From IMG/VR virus record IMGVR_UViG_3300027986_000008, positions 38,277 to 102,276 of that record: a DNA stretch of 64,000 nucleotides; one strand, given 5' to 3'. Made by a program: the position numbers and the translations under genes. This stretch comes from a virus (taxonomy: Duplodnaviria; Caudoviricetes). The notes under the pieces are model-generated. The model was given only the letters and a program-made list of their open reading frames with translations. It was not told the origin of the DNA and ran no database searches. Positions 30,703 through 41,073 of this stretch are shown here, piece by piece (the stretch's first letter is position 1; every line of letters starts with the position of its first letter).

Positions 30703-30753
30703 GGCCGGTCGATTTAATCTCTTCGGAGGTTAAATGGACCGGCCTTCTTTTTT
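30703..30753 (+). terminator. rho-independent terminator
   Basis: GGCCGGTC-ATTTAATCTC-TTCG-GAGGTTAAAT-GACCGGCC then TTCTTTTTT; A-tract on the other side. Confidence 0.8.
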
Positions 30754-30757
30754 CCGG

Positions 30758-30786
30758 TAGACGGAAATATAGTAGTTTCGTAAAAT
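30758..30786 (+). promoter_or_regulatory. sigma70-like promoter
   Basis: TAGACG-N17-TAAAAT upstream of AGGAG RBS and the early operon. Confidence 0.6.
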
Positions 30787-30806
30787 TATAAATATAAGGA
30801 GTAGGA

Positions 30807-31025
30807 ATGTTCATCTGCAATAAGGGTCACGTCTCAGCGTATCGACGATGTACGATCTGCGGAAGGAACTGCACGGGCCTCGATAATTCGCGGGCCGGAG
30901 ATCACGGTCCGATCATCGTCACCACGAAGGCCGGAAGGCAGCGCGAGGTATCCGTAAGGGAGTTCCGTGCTCTACTTCGAGAGCGAGCCGCCGGAGGTCC
31001 TTACGGAAGGAAGAGGGCATCGTGA
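30807..31025 (+). CDS. small Zn-finger-like protein
   Basis: CxxGH...CxxC. Confidence 0.55.
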   Translation: MFICNKGHVSAYRRCTICGRNCTGLDNSRAGDHGPIIVTTKAGRQREVSVREFRALLRERAAGGPYGRKRAS

Positions 31026-31204
31026 AGTCCCTCATCATATCGGATCAGTGCCATGACGCTCTCCGCGACCTCGCTCACGAGCAGAGGAAGACGATCTCAT
31101 ACTTCCATGCGCAGGCGCTGAAGCTGCTACTCCGCGAGCGATTCCCGGAGGATAGCCCGGAGGGGAACCGGCTCCGAGCGAAGGACGGAAGGATCAAGAA
31201 GTGA
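31022..31204 (+). CDS. ribbon-helix-helix-like regulator
   Basis: 60 aa; SLIISDQCHDALRDLAHEQRKTIS pattern. Confidence 0.5.
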   Translation: MKSLIISDQCHDALRDLAHEQRKTISYFHAQALKLLLRERFPEDSPEGNRLRAKDGRIKK

Positions 31205-31602
31205 CGAGCTTGATGGTAGATGCCTTCGTTGCAACGGCAGAGACGGCAAGGGAAAGAGTTCTCTTGGGGCTTATCGCCGGACTCGAACTAAAACTTGCTG
31301 ACGTAGAGAATAAGCAGCGGAGAGCCATATCGAAGCTCGTCGCTCAGCTCGACCGTCTGAAGCTCGATGCTCCGAAGCCGGTCCGAAGGACGGTCCGAAC
31401 TCTTCGGCCTACTGAAGGTATCTAAATGGCGCTCCCAGGCCTGTCTTATCAAGAGATCGTGGCGCTGCAGCCGAAGGCTTTAGGTGAGTACTTCATGGCG
31501 AACGCCCGCTACATCCCGGATGCTCCGAAGGGCCGCGTCTGCCAATACTCGATACGCTTTGGCTCTTAAAGCAGGGAAAGCTAGTGGAACGGCAAGAGCA
31601 AG

Positions 31603-32715
31603 ATGATCGACCAAATTCTTAGATCGAAGGGAATAGGAGCCTCCGAGATCGCGGCCATCGCCGGACTCGACGAGAACCGAGATGCGCACGACGTGTGGGC
31701 CGTAAAGACCGGACGGCTGAAGCTCAAGACTGCCGACCTGAACTCCCGACCGGCCTGGGGCCTTCGTCTCCAGCAAGCGATCCTTCAGGGATACTCAGAG
31801 ATCACGAAGGTCAAGACCGTCTTCGTTGATGAGACCTACCGAAATAAGGATCGAGAGTGGCAGCTCACGAGTCCGGACGGATTTGCAATCGGAGCCGCGG
31901 GACAGGGAAGGCACCTTCAGTTTCCGAGCGGCACGATAGTGATGAATGCGCTCTTCGGGATCGATGCGAAGAACTGCGGCCTCGATCAATCGACGAAGTA
32001 CGGCAAGGAAGGAGACTCGGTTCCAGATACGGTCGCGTGCCAGTGCCAGTGGAGCTGCTCGACGTTCGACTCTCCGTGGTGGGACGTGGCTGCGCTGATC
32101 GGCGGGAACAGCTTGAGGACGTTCCGTATCTACCGTGATGCCGGAATCCAGGCCGACCTTCTCCAGATCGGAGAGGACTTCTGGAAGAGATACATCGAGC
32201 CGGACGTCGAGCCTCCGATCGGATCGACGGAGATGGCTGCGGAGTATATCCGTCAGAAGTTTCCGCGTCACGTCACGAACCTCCGTCTTGCGACTGACGA
32301 AGAGGCTGAGGTCCTCGACCAGCTTCGAATTACTCGCGATCGGTATAAGAAGGCCGAGGCCGAGAAGGACCGGCTCTCGAACGTCATCAAGCTCGTGATC
32401 GGAGACGGAGAGGGACTGCTCTGGGGCAAACGGAAGGTGACGTTTAAGAAGGATAGGGACTCCTTCGGAGTCGATTGGGAGGCCGTGGCCAGAGAATCAC
32501 TGACTGCTCTTGATGGAGCGAGGACGGTGATCGACCGAGCGTATAGTATAGCCGCGTGGCTTCAATCCGGAAGGACAGAAGAAACTGATGCCGTTCACGA
32601 ACTCTTGCAATCGCTCACGCTTCAGGATCTCCTCTCTCGGCATCAGGTGAAGAAGAGAGAGGGAGCGAGGAAGCTGATGTGCTACGGATTCGGAAAGGAC
32701 GGCAGTGACGAATAG
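31603..32715 (+). CDS. YqaJ/lambda-exonuclease family recombination nuclease
   Basis: GIGASEIAAIAG, WAVKTG, SPDG, IDAKN, QCQW, AALIGG. Confidence 0.9.
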   Translation: MIDQILRSKGIGASEIAAIAGLDENRDAHDVWAVKTGRLKLKTADLNSRPAWGLRLQQAILQGYSEITKVKTVFVDETYRNKDREWQLTSPDGFAIGAAGQGRHLQFPSGTIVMNALFGIDAKNCGLDQSTKYGKEGDSVPDTVACQCQWSCSTFDSPWWDVAALIGGNSLRTFRIYRDAGIQADLLQIGEDFWKRYIEPDVEPPIGSTEMAAEYIRQKFPRHVTNLRLATDEEAEVLDQLRITRDRYKKAEAEKDRLSNVIKLVIGDGEGLLWGKRKVTFKKDRDSFGVDWEAVARESLTALDGARTVIDRAYSIAAWLQSGRTEETDAVHELLQSLTLQDLLSRHQVKKREGARKLMCYGFGKDGSDE

Positions 32716-32721
32716 TTTTTA

Positions 32722-32751
32722 TAGACAGTTCCTGTATCTATCCGGTAAGAT
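32722..32751 (+). promoter_or_regulatory. sigma70-like promoter
   Basis: TAGACA-N18-TAAGAT just before ATG 32756. Confidence 0.4.
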
Positions 32752-32755
32752 AAAT

Positions 32756-32938
32756 ATGAGGATAACAAAAAGCGAGCGCGAGATTCTACGCCGGATCGGT
32801 TCGAGCGGCGGAAAGAAAGCCGCTAAAAACATGACTCCGGAACAACGAAAGGAAAGGGCTACGAAAGCAGTACGTGCTCGCGAAGAAAGGCGGAAACTTC
32901 GCAATGAGCATTCCGCGTCGGATTCACGAAATCTATAA
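32756..32938 (+). CDS. small basic protein (GG..A..MTPEQR.E.A.KA motif)
   Basis: IGSSGGKKAAKNMTPEQRKERATKA. Confidence 0.55.
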   Translation: MRITKSEREILRRIGSSGGKKAAKNMTPEQRKERATKAVRAREERRKLRNEHSASDSRNL

Positions 32939-33581
32939 GCAATACGAAGACCGAATCCGGATACTAAAATCCGAGCGTGATGCTAAGATTTTAGCTCTCC
33001 GAGAAGCAGAGGCATCAGAGTTCGAGGAAATGATGAAAAACGGGGACGTAGTATTCCTTGATCGGCTCGGCTATCCGTATCATTTTGCAACTCGTGATGG
33101 CCGCATACTATCCCGCAGAGCAAGAGGATCAAATCAACATAAAAGGATTTTGTCAGCCCCTCGCGAGGTAATCGGAGGAAAGGGGAGTCACGGCTATCGT
33201 ACTATTCAATTGCGGAACGAGATCGACGGGAAGAAGCGCAGCCTTTGTATCCACGTTTTAATAGCCCGAGCATTCCTCGGAGATCCTCCTGAGTGGCACG
33301 AAGAATACCGCCATCTCGATAGTAACAAAATGAACTGCTCCGTATCGAACCTTAGCTTCGGTACTCGTAAGCAGAATGCCGCTGATCGCATAGCTGCCGA
33401 CACCCTATACCACCCGCCTATTAAGATTTCACCCGAATCAGTAGAGTCTATAAGGATTCGCCTTTCTAACGGTGAAAGGGGTTGTGATCTAGCACGAGAA
33501 TTCGCGGTAGCTCCGAGCTTAATATCCAGTATTAAGAACGGCAAAGGTAGATTTTCTAGGAGAGAAAAGAATAACTTATGA
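32904..33581 (+). CDS. HNH homing endonuclease
   Basis: IHVLIARAFLG..RHLDSNKMNCSVSNL.FGT...N; C-terminal HTH. Confidence 0.9.
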   Translation: MSIPRRIHEIYKQYEDRIRILKSERDAKILALREAEASEFEEMMKNGDVVFLDRLGYPYHFATRDGRILSRRARGSNQHKRILSAPREVIGGKGSHGYRTIQLRNEIDGKKRSLCIHVLIARAFLGDPPEWHEEYRHLDSNKMNCSVSNLSFGTRKQNAADRIAADTLYHPPIKISPESVESIRIRLSNGERGCDLAREFAVAPSLISSIKNGKGRFSRREKNNL

Positions 33582-35059
33582 CACCAACAAGAGATTACGA
33601 AGAGATCCAGGCTGGCATCGCCGTTCGTGACGAGTTCGGAGGCGAGATTGCCAGGACTAATGAAGCATCCGTTGCGGCATTAAGCGCCGAACGCAAAGCG
33701 TTTATCGAGGCTAGGTTCGTAGTTGCGATGCGCTTCCGTAGGAGTACGGAAGACATCAATATGCAAATGCTTCGACTTTGCCAAAAACCTGATTTTGCCT
33801 GCGAGGCCGTCTACATAAAACCCGTAGCCCGGACGCCAAAAGACTGGTCGGAGTGGAGCAAGCGTGACAAGCTCATTAAGAGCGATAAGGACTGGCCGCG
33901 CGGCTTCTCAATCAGAATGATCGAAGCCTGGATTTATTTGGCGGGTAATATCGATGCGGGCTCGATCGTCGTCTCAGATGACGAAATGTCGCGGCGCACG
34001 CGCGTTGACGTTCTCGACCTCGAACGCAATACCGGCTACTCGCGAACGCTCACGACGAAGAAGACCGTCGAGCGCAGGAATCCGCGGAAGATCGACGGAG
34101 AAGAGGTCGAGCCGATCACGACTCGGCAGAACTCCGGAGGCCAGATCGTCTACGTCTACGAGGCGACCGAGGCGGAGGTCGCTCAGGCCGAAGCCGCGGC
34201 GGTGTCGAAGGCCATCCGCACTCTCGGTGAGAAGCTCATGCCGCCCCATCACAAGGCCGAATGGCAGGAGCAGATCTGGAACACTCTGCGGAACGAAGCG
34301 GCTCGTGATCCGGACGGCGAAAAGAAGAAGCTCATCCGGAGCTTCGCGGAGAAGGGCATCACGCCTTCGATGATCGAGCAGTACCTCGGCCATTCGATTG
34401 ACCAGTGCGTGCCGGAGGAACTCGTGACGTTGCGCGGGATCTTCGTGGCGATCTCCGGCGGAGAGGCTCGGTGGTCCGACGTCGTCTCCGGACCTCCGGA
34501 AGAAGGCCAGCCGTTAACTTCGGCCCAGAAGTCCCTCGCGGATCGAATCGCGGCTCAACGACGGAAGGCCGAGCAACAATCGGCTCCGTCCCAGGAGCAG
34601 CCGAAGTCCGAGCCGGAGAAGCCGACTGAGAAGTCGAAAGAGCAGGCCGGGACCGGCTCTCCGGCCGCGGATACGGCCTCCGGGAAGCCTTCCGGTCCTT
34701 CCGGACCTTCGGAAGGACCTCAGGCCAGCCAGCAGGCTCCTACGGCTGCGAAACAGGCAGAAAAACCGGCTGCTGATCCGTCCGGCCAGCAGAAGATGAG
34801 GCCGATCCCGTCCTATTCGGCTCAGGATGCTCCCGATTCAGACCTCTTCGAGGTTGGCCAGAGAATCCGGATCGATGGGAAGCTCGTCGAGAATACGATG
34901 AATCCCGGTGAGGCTCCGTACTGGAAGGCGATCCAGGAGGAAGCTCCGGCTGGTGATACGCAGGCGAACGGAAAGCCGGAGCCGAAGGCTGATGAGAAGA
35001 AGAACCGCCGCTCCGGTCGTAACCCCGGCGCTCTCGACTTCGGAGGCGGAGAGAAATGA
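33578..35059 (+). CDS. YqaJ-associated recombination (ssDNA-annealing-like) protein with disordered C-terminus
   Basis: VVAMRFRR, AVY.KP, GFSIRMIE, DLERN, SKAIR, LRGIFVAI..GE motifs; follows YqaJ. Confidence 0.55.
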   Translation: MTPTRDYEEIQAGIAVRDEFGGEIARTNEASVAALSAERKAFIEARFVVAMRFRRSTEDINMQMLRLCQKPDFACEAVYIKPVARTPKDWSEWSKRDKLIKSDKDWPRGFSIRMIEAWIYLAGNIDAGSIVVSDDEMSRRTRVDVLDLERNTGYSRTLTTKKTVERRNPRKIDGEEVEPITTRQNSGGQIVYVYEATEAEVAQAEAAAVSKAIRTLGEKLMPPHHKAEWQEQIWNTLRNEAARDPDGEKKKLIRSFAEKGITPSMIEQYLGHSIDQCVPEELVTLRGIFVAISGGEARWSDVVSGPPEEGQPLTSAQKSLADRIAAQRRKAEQQSAPSQEQPKSEPEKPTEKSKEQAGTGSPAADTASGKPSGPSGPSEGPQASQQAPTAAKQAEKPAADPSGQQKMRPIPSYSAQDAPDSDLFEVGQRIRIDGKLVENTMNPGEAPYWKAIQEEAPAGDTQANGKPEPKADEKKNRRSGRNPGALDFGGGEK

Positions 35060-35601
35060 CGCAACTCCTCGACCGCCGTTCTTTGCTCAAGTTCTTTGGG
35101 ATCGGAACCGTGATTGCTCCGGTCGGCTGCGCGGAAGTTCGAGCGAGGCTCCTGGCCGAACCTCAAGTCGATATCATTCCGGCCAAGACCTTTCCGGACG
35201 GCCACCAGCCGGAGCTTTTCCGAGACCGGCTCAAGTGGAATCCGTACGAAGCAATCTGGCTCTACATGTGGCAGATTGAGAATAATCCACCAAGCGGAGT
35301 GAACTACGGCATCGGACCTCTGGAGCACATCCTCGGACGTGAACCCACCGATGCCGAGAAGGTAGCAGTTGCCGGACTCATGCAATGGTTCGGGACGAAC
35401 TGCGGGAGCTGCTTTATCCAAGAAACTCTGGAGGCTTGCGGCTATAGCATTGGATGTAATGGTAATCCGCGATCGATCGAACTGCAAAATCTTCGCCACG
35501 CAAACGTATGGCCAAAAGAGCCGAGAGCCGCAGCAGTGAGCTTCCAGTATCGAGGTCGTACGATCTGCCTCCGGCCGAATGAGGAAGGTTTCGTGATATG
35601 A
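35056..35601 (+). CDS. hypothetical protein with twin-arginine-like N-terminus
   Basis: LDRRSLLKFFG. Confidence 0.55.
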   Translation: MTQLLDRRSLLKFFGIGTVIAPVGCAEVRARLLAEPQVDIIPAKTFPDGHQPELFRDRLKWNPYEAIWLYMWQIENNPPSGVNYGIGPLEHILGREPTDAEKVAVAGLMQWFGTNCGSCFIQETLEACGYSIGCNGNPRSIELQNLRHANVWPKEPRAAAVSFQYRGRTICLRPNEEGFVI

Positions 35602-37007
35602 GGCTTGTATCGCTCAGCTGCCGTAATATCAAGGGGTGGGATAAGGACTTCCACCTCTCACCTATCGGAGACGTCGTTCTCGTAATGGGGAGGAACGGAG
35701 AGAATAAGACGAGCGTCCTCGCGCTCGTGACCGGCCTCTTCGGAAAGGCAACGACGCGGATGCTCCGTCCAGGAGCCTCGGAGGGAGAGATCCGAGCCGT
35801 GATCGAGGATGACGGTGAGACGCTAGAGATCGTCCGGACTTTTACTCCGGAGAAGGTCAAGACTCCGGTCGTGAAAAGTTCGACGCAAGGGAAGATCGGA
35901 GCCGCGGCGGAGTACATCAAAGGGATTATTGATGCCGTCTCCATCGAGCCGATCGGTCAGGCGATGAATGCGACGGAGGAAAGGCAGAGGGAGATCCTCC
36001 TGGAGACGATCAAGTTCGACCTTGACCACGACAAGCTCGGAAGCGCCGTCTCCGAAGTCGTCGGAGTGCCGAACCTCTCTGCCGTTCTTCAGAACGCTAA
36101 GAAGCTACCGGCTCTCGATGCGATCAAGGTAGTCGAGGACCTTATCTATGCTGCGCGGAGGGACTATAACCGGGACGCGAAGCGAGAGAGGATTCATGCG
36201 GAGGAGCTTCGTTTGACGGTTACGAAGGCTCCGGAGGGAGAAGCCGAGGATTGGTCCACGGTTGCGTTGAACCTTTCGGAGCAGCTCGAAGCTCTCGCCG
36301 CGGAAGAGCAGAAGCTCAAGCGCGATGCCGACCAAATAGCCGCTACTGACCTGCGCGAAGTCGAATCGATAGCAACCGAAGAGATCGCAGGTATCCGGGG
36401 CGATTACGCCGAGAAGATCGCCGCCCTGGAGAAGGAGCGAGACGGAAAGATCGAAGAGCGGAGAGCTATCCTCGTAGGAGATCAGACCACGCTCCGCGAA
36501 TACCTCAATAACGAACTCCAGGAGATCGAAGAGAAGATCCGTCCTCAGCGCGAGAGCCTGAAGGAGCAGAGAGCTACGGCAATGACGAAGGCCGCGGATC
36601 AGGAGCAGGATTATCGATCTCTCCAGATCGCGGCGAATGCCGACCGTTCTGCGGATCAGGCCGAGAAGAAGTCCGATGCGATCACGTCTTCTTTGAAGGC
36701 TCTCGAAGAACTCCGCATCGGCCTGCTCGACTCGATTCCTCCGGAGATGAAGGGCCTCCAGTTTAAGGACGGAGTACCGTGGCTCGACGGAACTCCTCTC
36801 AGCGAGGTGAACACGGAGAAGCGGGCGAGGTTCTGGGCGAAGGTCGGAGCGCTCCGAGCCGGTGACCTCGGCATCGTGTGCTTCGACGGAGCCGAGTGCA
36901 TGGACGCGGATCACTTCAAGAGCTTCATCAAGGGAGCGAAGGCGACCGGATTGCAGTGGTTCGTCGCCCGCGTCGATGACGAGCCGTTCAGGATCGAGCA
37001 GCTATAA
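35598..37007 (+). CDS. SMC/Rad50-like AAA ATPase with coiled coil
   Basis: Walker A-like GRNGENKTS, long coiled coil, Walker B-like VCFDGAECMD. Confidence 0.75.
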   Translation: MRLVSLSCRNIKGWDKDFHLSPIGDVVLVMGRNGENKTSVLALVTGLFGKATTRMLRPGASEGEIRAVIEDDGETLEIVRTFTPEKVKTPVVKSSTQGKIGAAAEYIKGIIDAVSIEPIGQAMNATEERQREILLETIKFDLDHDKLGSAVSEVVGVPNLSAVLQNAKKLPALDAIKVVEDLIYAARRDYNRDAKRERIHAEELRLTVTKAPEGEAEDWSTVALNLSEQLEALAAEEQKLKRDADQIAATDLREVESIATEEIAGIRGDYAEKIAALEKERDGKIEERRAILVGDQTTLREYLNNELQEIEEKIRPQRESLKEQRATAMTKAADQEQDYRSLQIAANADRSADQAEKKSDAITSSLKALEELRIGLLDSIPPEMKGLQFKDGVPWLDGTPLSEVNTEKRARFWAKVGALRAGDLGIVCFDGAECMDADHFKSFIKGAKATGLQWFVARVDDEPFRIEQL

Positions 37008-37395
37008 TCGAGAATATGGCCTTAACAGCTATGTCGAATGGAAATGGCAAATCCGTTCTCCCAACAACACGATCATCGCTACCGGTTACTCCAATACTTC
37101 TTCGTGTCCAGCGCTCGCAGAACTTGGAGATAAAGGAGAGTGCGTGATCAGGGTTGCGGCTGATGACCGGGCTTCTTCAATAGACGTGTGGCTACAAAGG
37201 TGAACTTAATTTTTTACGAAGTAAGGTAGAGCAGCTATGACTGCTGACGAACGTAAGCATAGTATAAGGTCCGAAGTAAACGCAGAGATCGACGATCGGA
37301 AAGAATTGTATCCGGAGATAATACGTATATTATGGGAAGTTATTGACGACCTCGTAGATGAATGTACTAATCCTTCAGATGAGAAAGGTTAAGCA

Positions 37396-38223
37396 ATGAA
37401 ACCAGAACTAAACCCGGACGGAGTAAGCGTGAAGGGGTGCTCGATCATCTATGCTCCGTCCGGCCAAGCCGGAGAGTACTCTCCTCTCGCTACGAATCCG
37501 TACCGCGGCTGCGGCCACAAGTGCGCCTACTGCTACGTGCCGAACGTCCTTCGTATGAGCCGACAGGAGTTCGACTCCGGAGCCGTACCGAGGCCGAACT
37601 TCCTAGCGAAGCTCGAAGCAGACGCGCGGAAGTATCACTCTCTCGGAATCACGGAGCAGGTGATGCTCAGCTTCACGACCGATCCGTATCACCCCGGTGA
37701 TATCACCTTGACGCGGCGGACTCTAGAAGTCCTCATCGCTTACGGCCTCGGGATCTGTACTCTCACGAAGGGTGGGGTGAGAGCACTTCGCAACATCGAT
37801 CTGTTCCGGCCGGGACGAGATGCTTTCGCCAGCACGTTGACCTCATTGACTCCCGAGTTCTCCCTGAAGTGGGAGCGAGATGCGGCCCTGCCGATGGAAC
37901 GGATGGACGTGCTGCGAGAATTTCACGACGCCGGAATCTTTACGTGGGTATCGCTGGAGCCGGTCCTCGACACCGAGGCAACGCTGGAGATCATCCGGAG
38001 GACTCATACCTTCGTTGATCTGTATAAGGTCGGACGTGTGAATTACGTCGGCCTGACGAAGACGACGGATTGGAGGAAGTTCACGGCTGACGTACTGAAA
38101 GTACTCGCTGAGACCGGCTCGAAGCATTACATTAAGAAGGACCTCCAGCCGTACCTACCGGAGGGATACTCGAATCCGATGCGCGTCGATCAATTCCGAA
38201 AGGAGCCGTTTCCGATCTTATGA
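37396..38223 (+). CDS. radical SAM protein (SplB/DNA-repair photolyase-like)
   Basis: NPYRGCGHKCAYCY, TDPY, LTK, WVSLEP. Confidence 0.85.
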   Translation: MKPELNPDGVSVKGCSIIYAPSGQAGEYSPLATNPYRGCGHKCAYCYVPNVLRMSRQEFDSGAVPRPNFLAKLEADARKYHSLGITEQVMLSFTTDPYHPGDITLTRRTLEVLIAYGLGICTLTKGGVRALRNIDLFRPGRDAFASTLTSLTPEFSLKWERDAALPMERMDVLREFHDAGIFTWVSLEPVLDTEATLEIIRRTHTFVDLYKVGRVNYVGLTKTTDWRKFTADVLKVLAETGSKHYIKKDLQPYLPEGYSNPMRVDQFRKEPFPIL

Positions 38224-38308
38224 TAATCCACGATCATTTCGACGGATCGGCTCACTGCATCGAGTGCAGAGGAAAGCGCATCCGAAAGTGCTGAAGCCGT
38301 AGACTTCT

Positions 38309-38821
38309 ATGAGGAGCCTCTTCGACTCGATCTCTTCCTCGGCTACGTTCTCTCCGTGCCGGAGCTATCGCTATACGTTGACGAGACGGTGGTATGATGA
38401 TCTTCCTCTCCTCAACTGGATCATGCTAAATCCATCGACGGCTGATGAAGTCGAGAACGATCCGACCGTCGAGCGATGCGAGAGGCGCGCCCGGATGTTG
38501 AATTACGGAGGCATCATAGTTACGAACCTCTTCGCGTGGAGAGCCACCGATCCTTCGGAGTTGAAAATGGTCGAAGATCCGGTCGGACCGGAGAACGACG
38601 AGGCCATCGTCGAGTCGGCTTACAGAGCGCAGCTCGTCGTCTGCGCATGGGGGAACGACGGAAAGATCCTCCGGAGATCGACGGCGGTGAAGAAGAGGCT
38701 CCACATATTTTCGACTCTTCATATCCTCAAGCTATCGAAGGAAGGAGAGCCGGTTCATCCGCTCTACCAGCCGTATCACTTGAAGCCGGTTGCGTGGGAC
38801 TTGACCGGATCGTGTAAGTGA
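38309..38821 (+). CDS. DUF1643 family protein
   Basis: YRYTLTRRW, IMLNPSTAD..DPT, NLFAWRATDP, AWG, HPLY. Confidence 0.9.
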   Translation: MRSLFDSISSSATFSPCRSYRYTLTRRWYDDLPLLNWIMLNPSTADEVENDPTVERCERRARMLNYGGIIVTNLFAWRATDPSELKMVEDPVGPENDEAIVESAYRAQLVVCAWGNDGKILRRSTAVKKRLHIFSTLHILKLSKEGEPVHPLYQPYHLKPVAWDLTGSCK

Positions 38822-38854
38822 AGTTACGAAAACTAACTTGGTTACGTATTTCTA

Positions 38855-38883
38855 TAGACAGAATCGTAGTTTGGTAGTACATT
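38855..38883 (+). promoter_or_regulatory. sigma70-like promoter
   Basis: TAGACA-N17-TACATT in an AT-rich gap. Confidence 0.55.
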
Positions 38884-39547
38884 AAGAATCGTCCGGACGG
38901 CCATCCGGATAGTGGCAAACAAAACGGGAACGGGGGCCGGGATTTCTAATCCTCGCCAGCCGCGCCCGAGCCCCCTCGTTTTGTGAGGCGGCGAGGATAA
39001 TCGAAGTGAAATCTAACGATAGACCTGCGTCTTCGGATGCAGCTGCTACATCTACGTTACGTCCTCAATCGGATAATACGGTCCGGTGTTGCTGTCACTC
39101 CTCGGATGCGAGGGAGTGCCTTCGATCCCGGTATCGGATGATCGCCTCCGTCGAAGACTACGATGAGGATTACTCTGAGCATCCCATCGCGCGCAAGTTC
39201 ATGATGGAAGGCGCGGCAAAGCGACGAGCAAGAACGGACGCGGAGGCTACCGGCATGATCGACATCCGTGAGCAGCTTCGAGAAGATCCGTCTCTCGTAT
39301 TCTCCGTAGAGTTCGAGCTGCCGAGCGGCAACTTGATCATCGGATCGGTCAGACCGGCCATTAACTGGATCATCATGGCCAACGTCGGCTTCATGAACAA
39401 GCCGAACGATCAGGACCGAGAGGATGCGAAAGAGGTCCTCAATCTGCTTCTCCAGGAAGAGTCTAAGACGGTCTTTCACTACAGTTCTAAGGAAGGTCTT
39501 CAGGAATGTGCAGCTGAGATCCGGAAGCTCTGCGGCGGAGGACTCGG

Positions 39548-40261
39548 ATGACGAACCTCTGGTCCGATGAAATAATGGATTACGTCGAGAGGACGGACGA
39601 GCAGCTCCTCGAAGATGAACGAGAGCGGATCGATCGGCTGTACGGTAAGGACTCCGAGAATGCCTGCTCCTCTATGGACTGGAGGCTCTCTGGCTGGAGC
39701 CGGTACGTTGAGGACCGAGGCAACGGGTGCCTGGTGTATAATGCTACTCCGGACCAGACGGCTCCTAACGTTATCACGTCCTATCAAGCTGATCTCGATC
39801 GAGAGGCTAAACGAGAGAGAGAGTTAGAGTTCTTCTGGAAAGATGAGAGGCCGTACTTCCACGACCCGGCTCCTCTCGGATTCGATCCTCTTAACCTGAT
39901 CCAGGACGAGACCGAAGAGGGCGTGACGATATCCGACGTTTGGAAGGACCCGCTGGCACGGACGCTCTGGCTAGCGATGAAGGCTCGGCACCTGACGTCT
40001 CAGTACTTCCGGAAAGCCTGCATCCAGCAGGCAGCCGGACTCCGCAAGAATCCTCCGAAGACGGTTAATGAGCTTTACATCTCGACCGGGGATTATGCTC
40101 TCGGAGGAGGCACGTCGTACTACTTCCGCGTTCAGCTGTATCCGTACATCGTTCGTATCTTGATCGACGAAGGACGTTGGCCCTGGTTCCTTCCTCCGGT
40201 CTCTCTCGTCTCTGATCACGTCCTCGGATGGACCGTCAATAAAAAGGAGAAGGCTGCGTGA
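39548..40261 (+). CDS. hypothetical protein
   Basis: 237 aa, GGAGG RBS, coupled to neighbours. Confidence 0.6.
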   Translation: MTNLWSDEIMDYVERTDEQLLEDERERIDRLYGKDSENACSSMDWRLSGWSRYVEDRGNGCLVYNATPDQTAPNVITSYQADLDREAKRERELEFFWKDERPYFHDPAPLGFDPLNLIQDETEEGVTISDVWKDPLARTLWLAMKARHLTSQYFRKACIQQAAGLRKNPPKTVNELYISTGDYALGGGTSYYFRVQLYPYIVRILIDEGRWPWFLPPVSLVSDHVLGWTVNKKEKAA

Positions 40262-41073
40262 GCCAATCCCTACCGTTTTACAAAATGTATCCCAAGGATT
40301 TTGACACAGATGAGAACGTTAAACTCCTCGATGCTCGGGAAGCCGGTATATATCTCTTTGCCCTCAATCATGCCTGGGTAAACGATGGACTTCCAAGCGA
40401 TCCGGCAGAAATAGGACGGATGCTTAAGATCCCGATTCGAGACTTTCGGGCTGCGTGGGCGCGTGTGTCGAAATGCTTTCATACCTGTGATGACGGAAGG
40501 CTGCGCAATAAACGTCAGGAGGAAGAGAGAAATCACGCGAAGGCTAAAAGCGAGCAGGCATCTAAATCCGTAAGGGCTCGCAGGGATCGTTCTCCGGCTC
40601 CGGACGGTCAAGAAGAACTTAACGGAAACTCTACTGCGGCTCTACGTTCGTACGAAGTCAGTAAGCCATCAGTAGGCGTACGTACGTCTGAATCTGAGTA
40701 TGCTTCTTCTTCTGAATGTAGTTCTTCTTTTTCTACTGATGATATTTTTGCTCGTTTTCAGAAAGATTATTTGGCGCTCGGCGGAGCTTTCATCCCGGAT
40801 GATTTCTCAAAAGCCTATTCTATTTGTTGGAGATACCTGGATTTCGAGCAGAAGCTCGATCGCGTCAGGGCACTCAATAGGCACTCCGAAGAATATGCAT
40901 CCGAGCCGCGTTTCATACCGAACCCGTTGAAGTTTTTACAAACGGAGTGGGAGCGTCCGGTGCGGCCACCGAAGACGAACGGAGCAGTTCGTAAGCCGAT
41001 TGCCTCGGTGCCGCCGGGACTTCAAGCGCTTATGGACGATTGTGAAAGAGCCGGTGGAAAGGCATCGAAATGA
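40258..41073 (+). CDS. replication initiator (DUF1376/YdaU-like)
   Basis: PFYKMYPKDF..D, GIYLFAL..AW...GLP, LRNKR. Confidence 0.75.
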   Translation: MSQSLPFYKMYPKDFDTDENVKLLDAREAGIYLFALNHAWVNDGLPSDPAEIGRMLKIPIRDFRAAWARVSKCFHTCDDGRLRNKRQEEERNHAKAKSEQASKSVRARRDRSPAPDGQEELNGNSTAALRSYEVSKPSVGVRTSESEYASSSECSSSFSTDDIFARFQKDYLALGGAFIPDDFSKAYSICWRYLDFEQKLDRVRALNRHSEEYASEPRFIPNPLKFLQTEWERPVRPPKTNGAVRKPIASVPPGLQALMDDCERAGGKASK

